This document shows positions 38,643 through 49,030 of a stretch of DNA of 64,000 nucleotides, piece after piece. Position 1 is the stretch's first letter. Every line of letters starts with the position of its first letter. Below the pieces are notes generated by a model. The model had not been told where the DNA came from. It did not search any database and saw only the letters and a list, made by a program, of their open reading frames with translations. This DNA comes from Escherichia phage vB-Eco-KMB40, in sequence record OR539220.1. One strand, written 5' to 3'. Made by a program: the position numbers and the translations under genes.

Positions 38643-38817
38643 GGAGTTTAATTTCCTTAGCAACTGAACTAAATACAGCACGATCACAAATCATACGTTT
38701 ATGTAATTTGATTATAAGATAGTAAACATCAAAACCATTTACATAAGTAACACGAACAACATTACCATTAATAAGATAATACTGTCCCTTTTTAATTTCT
38801 TTATCAACCACAACCAT
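38635..38817 (-). CDS. hypothetical small protein (60 aa)
   Basis: first ORF downstream of promoter at 38848. Confidence 0.4.
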   Translation of the reverse strand: MVVVDKEIKKGQYYLINGNVVRVTYVNGFDVYYLIIKLHKRMICDRAVFSSVAKEIKLHG

Positions 38818-38847
38818 ATCAATTCCTCAAAGGTAATTCATATGTTA

Positions 38848-38877
38848 ATAATACCATGGTTTGAACTTGTTGTAAAC
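38848..38877 (-). promoter_or_regulatory. early sigma70-type promoter
   Basis: GTTTAC at 38872-38877, TATTAT at 38848-38853. Confidence 0.5.
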
Positions 38878-38958
38878 AACTTTGTGAAAAATATTTTAGG
38901 GAATGATAAGAAAGGAACGATAGCTTAGAATGGTAATATACAGAATGTGAGAAAGAAA

Positions 38959-38971
38959 GGCCCAGAGGGCC
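38959..38971 (-). terminator. terminator-like hairpin after nrdH
   Basis: GGCCC-aga-GGGCC with U-rich downstream on transcript. Confidence 0.4.
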
Positions 38972-38975
38972 CGTC

Positions 38976-39284
38976 TTAATCTTCTATGATATCTCTATCA
39001 TATCCAAGTGAAATGAGAGTTTCTTTGAAGTGTTTAATGTTCTTTTGTCTAGAATCATTAATGAAAATGACCGGATAACGAATGTTAAGAGATGTGAATC
39101 CAGCGCGTTTAGCAAGAGATACAATCAGCGGACGATCATACTCAATCTTACCATTATTTGTAAGAACTTTATAGAAAGTAAAAGGAGCATTGAGCTCCTT
39201 TAGAAGTTTTGTAACTGATTGACATCCAGGACAACGACCTACTTCATCTGGAATTCCATAGACTTCAATCTTATTTTGTTTCAC
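38976..39284 (-). CDS. nrdH: glutaredoxin-like NrdH (102 aa)
   Basis: CPGC redox motif, size, position next to nrdG/nrdD. Confidence 0.8.
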   Translation of the reverse strand: MKQNKIEVYGIPDEVGRCPGCQSVTKLLKELNAPFTFYKVLTNNGKIEYDRPLIVSLAKRAGFTSLNIRYPVIFINDSRQKNIKHFKETLISLGYDRDIIED

Positions 39285-39286
39285 AA

Positions 39287-39499
39287 CTATTCCTTACTAA
39301 GAGCAGCATTCAGCTTGTTAGTAATTTTATCCAGACGCTCATTAAACTCACTAGAAGATAAGCCCTTTTCTGGAGAAATTAAACTAATCACGAAAAATAT
39401 AGCAATAAAAGGAATAAGGAAAATAGCTCCAACTGCCATAAACAGAAAGAACGTTACAGTTGTAAGAAAATCAGCTAAACCTTTACGAAATTTATACAT
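39287..39499 (-). CDS. small membrane protein (70 aa)
   Basis: hydrophobic core; ORF between nrdG and nrdH. Confidence 0.45.
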   Translation of the reverse strand: MYKFRKGLADFLTTVTFFLFMAVGAIFLIPFIAIFFVISLISPEKGLSSSEFNERLDKITNKLNAALSKE

Positions 39500-39614
39500 A
39501 TTTTACCCTTAATTGATTAACCAAGCATTGATAAGCACTAAACTATATTGCGAATAAAATTCTGGACCAAAATGAAAAATCATATCATTTATAGTATCCA
39601 TAATGTAATTCAAT

Positions 39615-40085
39615 TTAATCATGTGTCCACACCCCATCGGTATTTGACCAAAGTCGCTGATTATCTGATCCTCGCCACAGCTTTTTAGTCGGAAGATTTT
39701 TCTCATACTTCCCATCAATAATAACATCAACATATTTAAGCATTTCTAGTTGTTTAATATCTTCAAACTTATATCCTGTCCACAACCAAATGCTTTTATT
39801 GGGATAAAGATTTTTAATAGTTTGAACCACAGAGTGAATCACGTCTCTGTTATCAGGATAAAGAGGGTCACCTCCGGTTATAGTCAATCCTTCTATATAA
39901 TCATTATTCAAACATTCAATTAATTGTTCTAGTGTTTCACCAGTGAATGGAACACCATTTCTAGCATTCCATGTTGATTTATTATAACACCCTTCACATT
40001 TATGCAAACACCCCGTAACGAAAAGAACGACCCTGCAACCAGGGCCATTCACAAAATCGCAAGGATAAAATCTATCATAATTCAT
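39615..40085 (-). CDS. nrdG: anaerobic RNR activase, radical SAM (156 aa)
   Basis: CxxxCxxC-type cluster CLHKCEGC; 156 aa as T4 NrdG. Confidence 0.85.
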   Translation of the reverse strand: MNYDRFYPCDFVNGPGCRVVLFVTGCLHKCEGCYNKSTWNARNGVPFTGETLEQLIECLNNDYIEGLTITGGDPLYPDNRDVIHSVVQTIKNLYPNKSIWLWTGYKFEDIKQLEMLKYVDVIIDGKYEKNLPTKKLWRGSDNQRLWSNTDGVWTHD

Positions 40086-41899
40086 TGGTGTTTAACCCTA
40101 TGCATGATTTCTTTATTTTTACCGAGATTAAATCCACGTTCGTTCGGATTTCCCAAATAACCACATGTTCTTCTTATTGTGTTCATCTTTTTAGGGTCAG
40201 TTTCTCCACAAATAGAACAAACAAATCCGTTTTCAGTAGGAGTCATTTCATGGGTACTTCCGCATGTAAAACATTTATCTACCGGCATATTAACACCAAA
40301 ATAATCTAAATGTTGTGCAGCATAATCCCAGACAGCCTCAAGACCCTTTAAATTGTTTTTCATATCTGGAAGTTCAACATAAGAAATGTGACCGCCTGTC
40401 GCAATGAAATGATAAGGCGCTTCACGAGAAATCTTTTCAAACGGAGTAATATTTTCTTCTACTGAAACGTGGAAACTGTTAGTGTACCAGCCTTTATCGG
40501 TAACATCTTTTACACTTCCATATTTTTCTGTATCAAGTTTACAGAAGCGATAACAAAGGTTTTCAGCAGGAGTCGAATATAAACTAAAAGCAAATCCGGT
40601 TCTTTCAGTCCACTGCTTAAGACGAGCATTCATTTTAGTTAAAATTTCTTGTCCAATATCACGACCGACAAGAATATTCAATTCATGAATACCAATGTAT
40701 CCTAAAGACACTGAACTTCTACCGCTTTTAAATAACTCAATTATATCATCATCAGGTTTAAGACGAACCCCGAATGCACCTTCTTGGTAAAGAATAGGAG
40801 CAACAGTCGCTTTAACTCCTTTTAAAGAACTAATTCTACACATCAAAGCTTCAAAACATAAATCCATTCGCTCATTGAACAATTCGATAAATTTCTGTTC
40901 ATTGAACTGTGTTCCAATATAAGAATCTAATGCGATACGAGGAAGATTCAGTGTTACAACACCGAGATTATTACGTCCATCAAGAATTTCATTACCAGTC
41001 GAATCTTTCCATACACCCAAGAAACTACGGCAACCCATTGGAGAAACAGGAATAGATGAACCTGTGATAGCTTTATTGTTCTTAGCCGAAATGATGTCAG
41101 GATACATTCTTTTGCTTGCACACTCTAGAGCAAGCTGCTTAATATCATAGTTCGGGTCGTCTTTATAAAGATTAACACCTTCTTCAACGAACATAACAAG
41201 CTTAGGGAAAATAGGAGTTATCCCATCACGACCAAGACCTTTAATACGATTTTTCAGAATTGCTTTCTGAATCATTCGTTCAGTCCAGTCAGTTCCCGTA
41301 CCAAATGTAATTGTTACAAAAGGAGTCTGTCCGTTTGAACTAAAGAGAGTATTTACTTCATATTCATAAGCTTGGAATGCATCGTATACATCTTTTTCTG
41401 TTTTAGATTGAGCATAATTCAACGCGTCAGTGATTTGCCATTTTTCTGCGTCCTCAATATGTTTTGCATAGGTGCGTTTAACATAAGGAGAAAGTACTTT
41501 ATCTACATTTGCAAAAGTCGTTCCGCCATATTGATGGGAAGCAACCTGTGCAGTAATTTGTGCCATAATTGCAGTAGCAACACCGATTGATTTAGGAGTT
41601 TCAATCTGTGCATTACCGAGCTTAAATCCGTTTTCAAGCATTCCTTTTAAATCTACTAAACAACAATTAGTAAATGGAAGAGCAGGGGAATAATCAATAT
41701 CGTGGAAATGGATAATTCCGCTTTCATGCGCTTTCATAATAAAAGACGGGACCATATTTTTGGCAATGTGTTTAGACACAATACCAGCCATAAGGTCCCG
41801 TTGAGTTGGAAAAACACGAGAATCTTTATTAGCATTCTCGTTTAAAAGGTCTTTATTAGTTTTATGAATCAATCCTTCAATTTCTTTTTCAATTGTCAT
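40082..41899 (-). CDS. nrdD: anaerobic ribonucleoside-triphosphate reductase, uninterrupted (605 aa)
   Basis: 605-aa continuous ORF, C-terminal Cys cluster; no intron interruption. Confidence 0.9.
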   Translation of the reverse strand: MTIEKEIEGLIHKTNKDLLNENANKDSRVFPTQRDLMAGIVSKHIAKNMVPSFIMKAHESGIIHFHDIDYSPALPFTNCCLVDLKGMLENGFKLGNAQIETPKSIGVATAIMAQITAQVASHQYGGTTFANVDKVLSPYVKRTYAKHIEDAEKWQITDALNYAQSKTEKDVYDAFQAYEYEVNTLFSSNGQTPFVTITFGTGTDWTERMIQKAILKNRIKGLGRDGITPIFPKLVMFVEEGVNLYKDDPNYDIKQLALECASKRMYPDIISAKNNKAITGSSIPVSPMGCRSFLGVWKDSTGNEILDGRNNLGVVTLNLPRIALDSYIGTQFNEQKFIELFNERMDLCFEALMCRISSLKGVKATVAPILYQEGAFGVRLKPDDDIIELFKSGRSSVSLGYIGIHELNILVGRDIGQEILTKMNARLKQWTERTGFAFSLYSTPAENLCYRFCKLDTEKYGSVKDVTDKGWYTNSFHVSVEENITPFEKISREAPYHFIATGGHISYVELPDMKNNLKGLEAVWDYAAQHLDYFGVNMPVDKCFTCGSTHEMTPTENGFVCSICGETDPKKMNTIRRTCGYLGNPNERGFNLGKNKEIMHRVKHQ

Positions 41900-42369
41900 T
41901 TTAAACTCTTTCTAAGCTGCTTCTTGAATGAAGCTATTAATTGTGTTTTGGTGTCAGATTCATTATATTCAAATCCTCTTTGAAGCATCTCAGCCATCAT
42001 TTCCTCTTTTCCTAAACGAGAAAATTCCTTTGATTTATCTCCAACGAAGTTAGGGTGAATATTATTTTGGGTGTAATCGGATTTTAAATAAGTAAGTAAA
42101 TTTTCTAACCATTCAAGATAATCAACCCCTTGTCCCTTTAAGCCAGAACGATTAAATTTATGCTTCATTTGACCTTCTGCGGCATTGCAGAGATTACAAA
42201 GCAATCCACGTACCTTTCCTGCTTTTGGTCCATTTAATTCATGGTCATGGTCGAGGTGATTAGCTTGAACATCAGGATTTAGTTCTCGTTGGCAAATTAA
42301 GCATTTACCGTTTTGTGCATCATAAAATTTCTGTTTTTCTTCTTTATATAATTTGCCAGTCAATAACAT
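41896..42369 (-). CDS. 49: endonuclease VII, Holliday junction resolvase (157 aa)
   Basis: matches T4 gp49 as recalled; 157 aa. Confidence 0.9.
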   Translation of the reverse strand: MLLTGKLYKEEKQKFYDAQNGKCLICQRELNPDVQANHLDHDHELNGPKAGKVRGLLCNLCNAAEGQMKHKFNRSGLKGQGVDYLEWLENLLTYLKSDYTQNNIHPNFVGDKSKEFSRLGKEEMMAEMLQRGFEYNESDTKTQLIASFKKQLRKSLK

Positions 42370-42411
42370 AATAAAACCCTTACCTTAAATAGATAAGGGT
42401 ATTTATTATTT

Positions 42412-42897
42412 TCAAGTATTGTAAAACATTTGATTCAATCGCTTATATTGCCGAATCTTTTGGTCAGAAAAAGAAATTTGGGTTTCAAGCCATTCAATAT
42501 ATTCTGCCGCAGCTTGCATCAAATTTCCTTCATAGCCATCGTTATTTTCTTGTGCAGCTAATTTAGCTAATGCGTATGAAATACGTTCACCTTGAAAATC
42601 AGCTTTAGGCTTCTGAACAACTTGATTAGTTCGCTCTACAACTTCTTCAATTTCGCCATTTTCAACGGATTCAGTATTCCATAAGCACCAATACGTAATT
42701 GGCTTATCATAGATATTAATAATCTTTCCGTCGGAAAGTTCAATTTCAATAATTCCAGTATCAGGCTCTATATCATCTTCACATTCTTTTGCAAGTTCAC
42801 GAACTTTAAAGACAGCACCTGCGCTAAGTTCCGGCCAGTAATTACACAGCCCTGTATCAGCACGATTAATTCTAAACCACTTATCTACTGTAATCAT
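42412..42897 (-). CDS. pin: PinA, Lon protease inhibitor (161 aa)
   Basis: 161 aa from ATG at 42897 with SD GGAG; position after gene 49; track start is TTG. Confidence 0.6.
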   Translation of the reverse strand: MITVDKWFRINRADTGLCNYWPELSAGAVFKVRELAKECEDDIEPDTGIIEIELSDGKIINIYDKPITYWCLWNTESVENGEIEEVVERTNQVVQKPKADFQGERISYALAKLAAQENNDGYEGNLMQAAAEYIEWLETQISFSDQKIRQYKRLNQMFYNT

Positions 42898-42937
42898 GTC
42901 CCATCTCCATATCAATTAAGTCATTTATCGTTGGTTC

Positions 42938-42967
42938 ATTATATACTGTTTCTTCATCAGTGTAAAC
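42938..42967 (-). promoter_or_regulatory. early sigma70-type promoter
   Basis: GTTTAC at 42962-42967, TATAAT at 42938-42943; upstream of pin. Confidence 0.5.
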
Positions 42968-43020
42968 CGGTTCTTCCGGCTCTGGCTCTACAGTTTCCCA
43001 TCTAGCCGCCCACCAAGGTT

Positions 43021-43341
43021 TTATAGCGTAATCCATTCTCGTACTGTCTGAGTTACTACACGTTCATGGGGCTCTACTAGTTCAACAGTCGGAACTGCAT
43101 AATACCAGTCAGAATGATAAGAACCTGACCGAGATTCATTTACAGCCACATGTACATTATGTTTTGGACTAAAGTAAACACACTGACGATATTGACATTT
43201 ACCATCTTGCACCCAGTCTTCTATTTCGACAGGTTTAAGATAATCGGAAAAATCGAAATCATAGTTTTCCGAAAATGCATCATGGTCTTCAATGATTTCG
43301 CTCAGAACTGCATCAACATCTAATTTATTTTCAATAGTCAT
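43021..43341 (-). CDS. hypothetical acidic protein (106 aa)
   Basis: ORF between nrdC and pin. Confidence 0.45.
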   Translation of the reverse strand: MTIENKLDVDAVLSEIIEDHDAFSENYDFDFSDYLKPVEIEDWVQDGKCQYRQCVYFSPKHNVHVAVNESRSGSYHSDWYYAVPTVELVEPHERVVTQTVREWITL

Positions 43342-43351
43342 TTTTCACCAA

Positions 43352-43561
43352 TTAATTTCGCAATTTATTAAGTTCTTCATCATCAATCCAGGATTCTAGT
43401 CCTGATGGCAGGTCACATTCAATTTCCCAAAGAAGTTCTTCAATTTTCTGAAGACGATCTAGTTCTTCAGCAGGAATAGTAACCATCGACGGAGCTCTTG
43501 CTACATTAATATCGTAAATCATATTTACCCCAGTTTGACCATACAATCGCCGTATTTCCAC
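43352..43561 (-). CDS. hypothetical small protein (69 aa)
   Basis: ORF between nrdC and pin. Confidence 0.4.
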   Translation of the reverse strand: MEIRRLYGQTGVNMIYDINVARAPSMVTIPAEELDRLQKIEELLWEIECDLPSGLESWIDDEELNKLRN

Positions 43562-43740
43562 TTAGAAATAGACTTTTCACCGTTAGAATAATAAACTTCA
43601 AGTTTAGCACGATTATTTTTAATTTGAATAACCTTTGCCGTCATCAAAGTTCCATACCCATAATAAACTGCAACTTCATCACCTACATATACCGCGCTTC
43701 CGCGGTAATCATGGATATAATCAGTTCCTTCGAGCATCAT
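43525..43740 (-). CDS. hypothetical small protein (71 aa)
   Basis: ORF directly downstream of nrdC. Confidence 0.4.
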   Translation of the reverse strand: MMLEGTDYIHDYRGSAVYVGDEVAVYYGYGTLMTAKVIQIKNNRAKLEVYYSNGEKSISKWKYGDCMVKLG

Positions 43741-44000
43741 TTAAAATATTCTCGCAGTTGGTCAAATCCACCAATATGACTTCCATCAGGAGCAAATACC
43801 TGAGGCATTGTCAAGCCGATTTGAGTATCACGACCTAGTTTAGTCAGAAGCTCAGCGATTTTCTCATCATCAAAAACACCTTTTTCCGGCATAATGTTGA
43901 TAAATTCAAACGGCTGTTTCTTCACGGTCAAAAGACGTTTTGCATTATCGCAATACACACATTTATGAATGTTGCTATCATAACCATATACTTTAAACAT
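43737..44000 (-). CDS. nrdC: thioredoxin/glutaredoxin NrdC (87 aa)
   Basis: CVYC active site, 87 aa as T4 thioredoxin. Confidence 0.85.
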   Translation of the reverse strand: MFKVYGYDSNIHKCVYCDNAKRLLTVKKQPFEFINIMPEKGVFDDEKIAELLTKLGRDTQIGLTMPQVFAPDGSHIGGFDQLREYFK

Positions 44001-44001
44001 A

Positions 44002-44244
44002 TTATTCCTTAATTCCTAGTACTTGTTTAAAAGTCTCGTCGTAATCAAGACTTTGACCCGTTTGTTCTTTATGTTTGTATATAATATCACTTACTTCTGA
44101 TAGCATATTTTTATATGAACGAGTTAAAGCAGATTTAAGCACGCTGTATCTATAAGGAAATTTACCATGTTCATTATAATAAGCTATTGCTAATTCACGG
44201 ACTGCCTTTTCAGCAGCCTCCATATATTCTTTACGCTTGGTCAT
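44002..44244 (-). CDS. hypothetical protein (80 aa)
   Basis: ORF in nrdC-rI cluster. Confidence 0.45.
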   Translation of the reverse strand: MTKRKEYMEAAEKAVRELAIAYYNEHGKFPYRYSVLKSALTRSYKNMLSEVSDIIYKHKEQTGQSLDYDETFKQVLGIKE

Positions 44245-44246
44245 TT

Positions 44247-44636
44247 TTAATCCAAAATATTATTAGGCATTGGTTGAACACTCACAAGTTCTTTAAAGAA
44301 CTCAGTAGAGTCAGGCAATTTAACCATTTCCGGAGCATGCTTACTGAATTTATGTTTACATTGACGGCATTTATATTCAAGCTCTGGTTTACGCCAGTTA
44401 ATCAATTGAACTTGTTCAGTACCGCATTCAGGGCAATTAGGAACGTTTTTAGAAGCTCTTTCACGTCGTTCAACCATAGCCATAATAGCATCCCATGCTG
44501 GAGGTTTAAAATCTAAATCGTCGCAGCCGTGAATCTTTCCACGCATTTCCATATCATCTTCCTCACCAGCCATAATAATTTTAATTAGACTAGAATTACT
44601 TGAAGCTGCAATGTCTTCTAATAAACGCTTTTTCAT
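44247..44636 (-). CDS. zinc-ribbon protein (129 aa)
   Basis: CPEC...CRQC Cys pairs. Confidence 0.45.
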   Translation of the reverse strand: MKKRLLEDIAASSNSSLIKIIMAGEEDDMEMRGKIHGCDDLDFKPPAWDAIMAMVERRERASKNVPNCPECGTEQVQLINWRKPELEYKCRQCKHKFSKHAPEMVKLPDSTEFFKELVSVQPMPNNILD

Positions 44637-45562
44637 TTCAATACCTCAATAGCATTACGTAAACCATTTGCTTTGGCGGTTAAAGCCTTAAGAACTTTAG
44701 TATGCTCTTCAATTTGTTTTTCAACTTCAGCCAAACGGGCATTGAGATATTCACGTTCTTCACTCAGATTATCAACCTTTTCTACTTTAGGCTCTTTTAC
44801 AACTGTCTTATATGTATTAGGGTTCTTCAGTTTAATTAGAATGCGTGAACTGTATAACATTGAACCATTATCTTCGGTTTCGTCATACATTTCCACTACG
44901 TCCATAATTTTTAACATCATGCGGAGTTTATAAGACAACGAACGAATAGTTTTGTTGTGCTTATTAATTTCTTTAGCTGTCATGGCGCCAAGATTACGTG
45001 AGTAATAATAAGGAACCTGGATATTAATTAATACTGATGAACCACCTGGCTTGTGTGTTACTTCATCAGCAATAACCCAGTCCTTAACATGAACTGTATT
45101 TGTACGGTCATCGCCTGCAGTAAACAGCTTGCGAGCATGCTTAAAAAGCATATTCACTTGGTCATTGAATTGACAAGCAAATTTATCAGCAAATTTAGTT
45201 TCAGGAATGGTAGATAACCAATCAGCCAAATGGGTCTTTTTAACATCGTTAACAATAGTAAATTCAACCAAATCAGTTATAGATGTCGCAGATTTAATGA
45301 AGCTCGGCTTCATAAAGTTTTTAATGTTATCACGAGCTACAGTAGAAGATAACATACGAGAACGTTTAAACCATTCAAGCAAATTGCCTAACGAATGAGA
45401 ATAAGCGTTTTGAGTATCTTTACAGATATGATTTTCCTGACCAACATATTGAAGGAAATCACGAAGAATATTATTGATTACTGCTCTGTGCCCGATCTGA
45501 TAATTACGGTGTTTAGTAATAAGACTGTCAAAATAATCAATATAATGTTTACGAGTTTTCAT
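44633..45562 (-). CDS. hypothetical protein with C-terminal coiled coil (309 aa)
   Basis: heptad-like C-terminus ...EEREYLNARLAEVEKQIEEHTKVLKAL. Confidence 0.5.
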   Translation of the reverse strand: MKTRKHYIDYFDSLITKHRNYQIGHRAVINNILRDFLQYVGQENHICKDTQNAYSHSLGNLLEWFKRSRMLSSTVARDNIKNFMKPSFIKSATSITDLVEFTIVNDVKKTHLADWLSTIPETKFADKFACQFNDQVNMLFKHARKLFTAGDDRTNTVHVKDWVIADEVTHKPGGSSVLINIQVPYYYSRNLGAMTAKEINKHNKTIRSLSYKLRMMLKIMDVVEMYDETEDNGSMLYSSRILIKLKNPNTYKTVVKEPKVEKVDNLSEEREYLNARLAEVEKQIEEHTKVLKALTAKANGLRNAIEVLK

Positions 45563-45614
45563 GTTCTTCTCACTTGGTTAATGATTTATACTCCGAGCCA
45601 TCCTTGGCTTTAAA

Positions 45615-46613
45615 TTACTTAATTAACTGTAAAGCTTGTTCCAGACGATCCAAGCGATTGACAGATTCTTCCCAAATCTTTTTAGCCTGCTCATATTCTT
45701 TCTGCGCTTTATTAGAAATTTCTAGAACTTCTTTATAAGCTTTTTCTAGTGCAATAACTTCTGGACGAATTTCTACCGGTTCAGGTGAATCATCAAGATT
45801 ATCCATTAGTTCCTCAAGGGTAGTTTCTTCTTTAGGAGTATTCACAATTTCATCACATTTTTGTTGATAAATTTCTTTATCAGTAGGTGAGTACGCGCAC
45901 TTTACTTCACGAAGACTAATTACAATTTTATATCCTTCCCATCCGCATATATTCTTAAAAGGATATGTATGAATATTTTCTACTGTTTCCATACAAAGTA
46001 ATGCAGTCTCTAACTGACGAGTTATAGTGCTAGCAATTGAGAAAAATTTATTAATATTCTTTTGGTTAGCGTTTGGTGTAAAAAATCCATAATTCACAAA
46101 AATAGCTACTTTATTTTCATCAAGCTCATATTCTTTTACGATAATCATATCAGAAGCCAAAGGATGAATTTGACGATAATCGCCATAACATAATTTAGAA
46201 GCTGATTTTAGAATTTGTCCTTTGAAAAGTCTGAAATTACTAATCCAACGACGAGTAAAAATATTCTCAGGGTCTTCTTTATTAAGATGATAAGAATTAA
46301 CATCACCAAACCAATTATATCCTACTACATCTTTAGTTCGTTTAATTTCTTTCCCAAATTTACTAAGAATATCTCTGTTGACTAAGTATGAAAGAAGACG
46401 AGACCCTTTAAAGGTTTTCTTAATGTCATCTTTATCTGTACGACTAGAAATTTCACGAACTTCATGAATAAATTTACTGGAAGAAACAATACTTGCATCA
46501 ATACTGCTGAGCCATTGATTGATAATAGAAAGAACAGCGTTCTGACTAGACATGGGTTTAACTTTATCATCAATAACGCTATTGAATGATTTGATATATT
46601 CGTTACGAGTCAT
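45615..46613 (-). CDS. hypothetical protein with C-terminal coiled coil (332 aa)
   Basis: track ORF trimmed to ATG at 46613, because promoter -10 lies at 46641-46646. Confidence 0.5.
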   Translation of the reverse strand: MTRNEYIKSFNSVIDDKVKPMSSQNAVLSIINQWLSSIDASIVSSSKFIHEVREISSRTDKDDIKKTFKGSRLLSYLVNRDILSKFGKEIKRTKDVVGYNWFGDVNSYHLNKEDPENIFTRRWISNFRLFKGQILKSASKLCYGDYRQIHPLASDMIIVKEYELDENKVAIFVNYGFFTPNANQKNINKFFSIASTITRQLETALLCMETVENIHTYPFKNICGWEGYKIVISLREVKCAYSPTDKEIYQQKCDEIVNTPKEETTLEELMDNLDDSPEPVEIRPEVIALEKAYKEVLEISNKAQKEYEQAKKIWEESVNRLDRLEQALQLIK

Positions 46614-46640
46614 ATTAATCTCCTCAGTAGAAAGTAAGAA

Positions 46641-46670
46641 CATTATACCACATCCTTGTGGTAAAGTAAA
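46641..46670 (-). promoter_or_regulatory. early sigma70-type promoter; 32-nt exact copy of promoter at 2424
   Basis: GTTTAC at 46665-46670, TATAAT at 46641-46646; attataccacatccttgtggtaaagtaaacta identical to 2424-2455. Confidence 0.6.
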
Positions 46671-47690
46671 CTAGTTTAGTGCGTTTAGTGCGTTGTTCAG
46701 TTTAGAACGTTGCTTCGTGAGATTTTTGACTTTTTCTTGTGCTTTTTCTAGCATCTTTTCAGCTTCTAACACTTCATTGGTCGCTTTAACGAGTTCATCA
46801 TCTACTGCCTTAAGGGACTTCTCAATCGCATCCGCGTGCCATTTTTCAACAGGTTTAAGACTCGGATTTTCAGTAGGAAGAAAATTCACTTTATTAAATT
46901 TCCATGCATCTTTATTACCTGAGCTATACATCCAAAATTTAGGATCGTTTGATGAGCAATTAGATAAATTTAAGTTATCTTGCACTTCCTGCTTTTTCTC
47001 TTGTATAACTTCGTCCTTTCTCAAAAAATCGTATTTAAATGAAACGATCATATCAAGTTCATACGTTGTTGTGTCTAATTTAAATCGTTCAAAACGAGGT
47101 AAAATCTTAGATTGAACAGCGGCAACAACATCCATATACTTAAATGCTTCTGTCAACTGTGATTTAAGGCATTCACAAATTGAAAGAGAATTTTTTGTAT
47201 TAGGTTTAAAGCTAATTCGTGCAGTTCTATTATTTTCTTTTAATGGTCTTACTTCCATCTGAAGAGTATAACCATCAAATTTCAGGTTCTTTAAGTTAAT
47301 GTCAGAACCTTTTAATCGACTAGCTGTCGACAAAATTTGCTTTAATTGTTTACGGAATAGAGCAATAAATCTCCATTCAAGACGGTAATGATTTGGATTA
47401 AAAAATCCTGTTGATAAATCAACCTTACTCTGACCAACGCCTTGAACAAATAGAGGATTTTTATAATCAATAGTTTTACAGAAATCGGTGAGCTGTTCAC
47501 GAGCAGTCATTTGCGTAATATATCCAGCTTTATCAAAATGTCGCAACCATTCACTGCTATTCATATACTTAAAGTGAATGGAACTATTAACTCTATCAGG
47601 GTCTAAATTATTTTGGCACAAAAATGTCATAACATTACGGGTATAGCTGGCATTACGAACCATATCTTCAATTTGAGAACGAGTTTTCAT
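46671..47690 (-). CDS. hypothetical protein with C-terminal coiled coil (339 aa)
   Basis: C-terminus ...EVLEAEKMLEKAQEKVKNLTKQRSKLNNALNALN. Confidence 0.5.
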   Translation of the reverse strand: MKTRSQIEDMVRNASYTRNVMTFLCQNNLDPDRVNSSIHFKYMNSSEWLRHFDKAGYITQMTAREQLTDFCKTIDYKNPLFVQGVGQSKVDLSTGFFNPNHYRLEWRFIALFRKQLKQILSTASRLKGSDINLKNLKFDGYTLQMEVRPLKENNRTARISFKPNTKNSLSICECLKSQLTEAFKYMDVVAAVQSKILPRFERFKLDTTTYELDMIVSFKYDFLRKDEVIQEKKQEVQDNLNLSNCSSNDPKFWMYSSGNKDAWKFNKVNFLPTENPSLKPVEKWHADAIEKSLKAVDDELVKATNEVLEAEKMLEKAQEKVKNLTKQRSKLNNALNALN

Positions 47691-47698
47691 GGTATTCC

Positions 47699-48622
47699 TT
47701 AAGATTTAAGTAAATCAACAATTTTAATTAACTTTTCACGCTCAGATTTAGCTTTACTACTCAATCCAGATAGTCTAAAGATTTCATCGTCATATTGTTG
47801 AATAGAAATATTCAGCTCTTCAATTTGCTTATTAAAATAATCAATTTGCTCAGAATGTTTTTCGTTACTACGAACTGGTACAGGTTTTGTAGGCAATTTA
47901 GTTGAACTGGATTCATCCGGGCGATAAATTAAAATACAACTTGAACCAATTGGACATTTTGCACCAGATGAATATTCTAATGTTCCAGATTCTTTTAAAA
48001 CTTCAAAAGCTAAACAGAGATGATGACCCATATTGACATAATCAGTAGAGCGAGCTCTGATGTAATAATCATCTCCACGAGTACTAAATTTAAAGCATTT
48101 AAGGTCTTCTGTATTATTGGTCTTAAAAATCATTTGTTTATCTAGACCTTTAGCTAATCGAGCGCCTAATGCTAATAATCGTCGTTGATTTTCCCACAAA
48201 TATGCAATCATTTGGTCAAATGATAATTTTGGCATTAGTCGACCATAAAGGTCATATCCTTTATTATAATTACGAAGAATTTCACTCGCATTAATACGAG
48301 ACAATGCTCCAATTTTATTAAGGGCTTTCATGATGCGATTAGATAAACTCATTCCAGATCCGTTTGTTCGCTGTAAATGTTTTTCTAATCCAAATCCAAT
48401 ATCAACTTTAAATTTATCTAAAATTTCAGCATGAACATCTCTGTCAATAACATTCAAATCCAAAGTTGGGTTAAATCTATGAAAAAATTTATCTGGCTCT
48501 CCACGACGAAGTACAGTCCATTCATTCAATTTTTTATTAACTAAAGATTTAATTACTGTATTGACATTATTAATTACTACTGACATATTTTCCTCACTCA
48601 ATTTCAATTTTACTAAATACAC
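47699..48622 (-). CDS. hypothetical protein with C-terminal coiled coil (307 aa)
   Basis: C-terminus ...IEELNISIQQYDDEIFRLSGL. Confidence 0.5.
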   Translation of the reverse strand: MYLVKLKLSEENMSVVINNVNTVIKSLVNKKLNEWTVLRRGEPDKFFHRFNPTLDLNVIDRDVHAEILDKFKVDIGFGLEKHLQRTNGSGMSLSNRIMKALNKIGALSRINASEILRNYNKGYDLYGRLMPKLSFDQMIAYLWENQRRLLALGARLAKGLDKQMIFKTNNTEDLKCFKFSTRGDDYYIRARSTDYVNMGHHLCLAFEVLKESGTLEYSSGAKCPIGSSCILIYRPDESSSTKLPTKPVPVRSNEKHSEQIDYFNKQIEELNISIQQYDDEIFRLSGLSSKAKSEREKLIKIVDLLKS

Positions 48623-49001
48623 AGAATATGATGGAAAAGACTATATAAGCACCGCATACAGATTGAACTAATACCATTCCAAAGAACCAAACGATATTAT
48701 CAAACAATGTCTGTTTTACGTCGAAAGGACGTAAACTTACAGTAATATTATCACCTTTTTCTATTGAAGAATACATCTCTGGGGAAATATATTCACTAAA
48801 TCTATAACCGTCTTTGAGTTCATATACGGCAATAAACGATAAACTAGACCCCTTTCCTTGAGTTCCTGTAAGGGTATTAACTACAGTAACATCATAATCT
48901 TTATAATGCATATAATCATTAATAGCATAATAACCATATGCAACTACTATACATAAACAACATATCAATAAATTCAATCTTTTAATTATCAACTGTTTCA
49001 T
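48594..49001 (-). CDS. membrane protein (135 aa)
   Basis: two hydrophobic segments. Confidence 0.45.
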   Translation of the reverse strand: MKQLIIKRLNLLICCLCIVVAYGYYAINDYMHYKDYDVTVVNTLTGTQGKGSSLSFIAVYELKDGYRFSEYISPEMYSSIEKGDNITVSLRPFDVKQTLFDNIVWFFGMVLVQSVCGAYIVFSIIFCVFSKIEIE

Positions 49002-49030
49002 AATAATCTCAATTAAAAGGGCTTAGAACC

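Noticed and set aside
39509-39733. Minus-strand ORF 39509..39733 (74 aa)
   Set aside because: Most of it overlaps the 3' end of nrdG in another frame; only a 37-codon tail from ATG at 39622 would be free, too weak to call.
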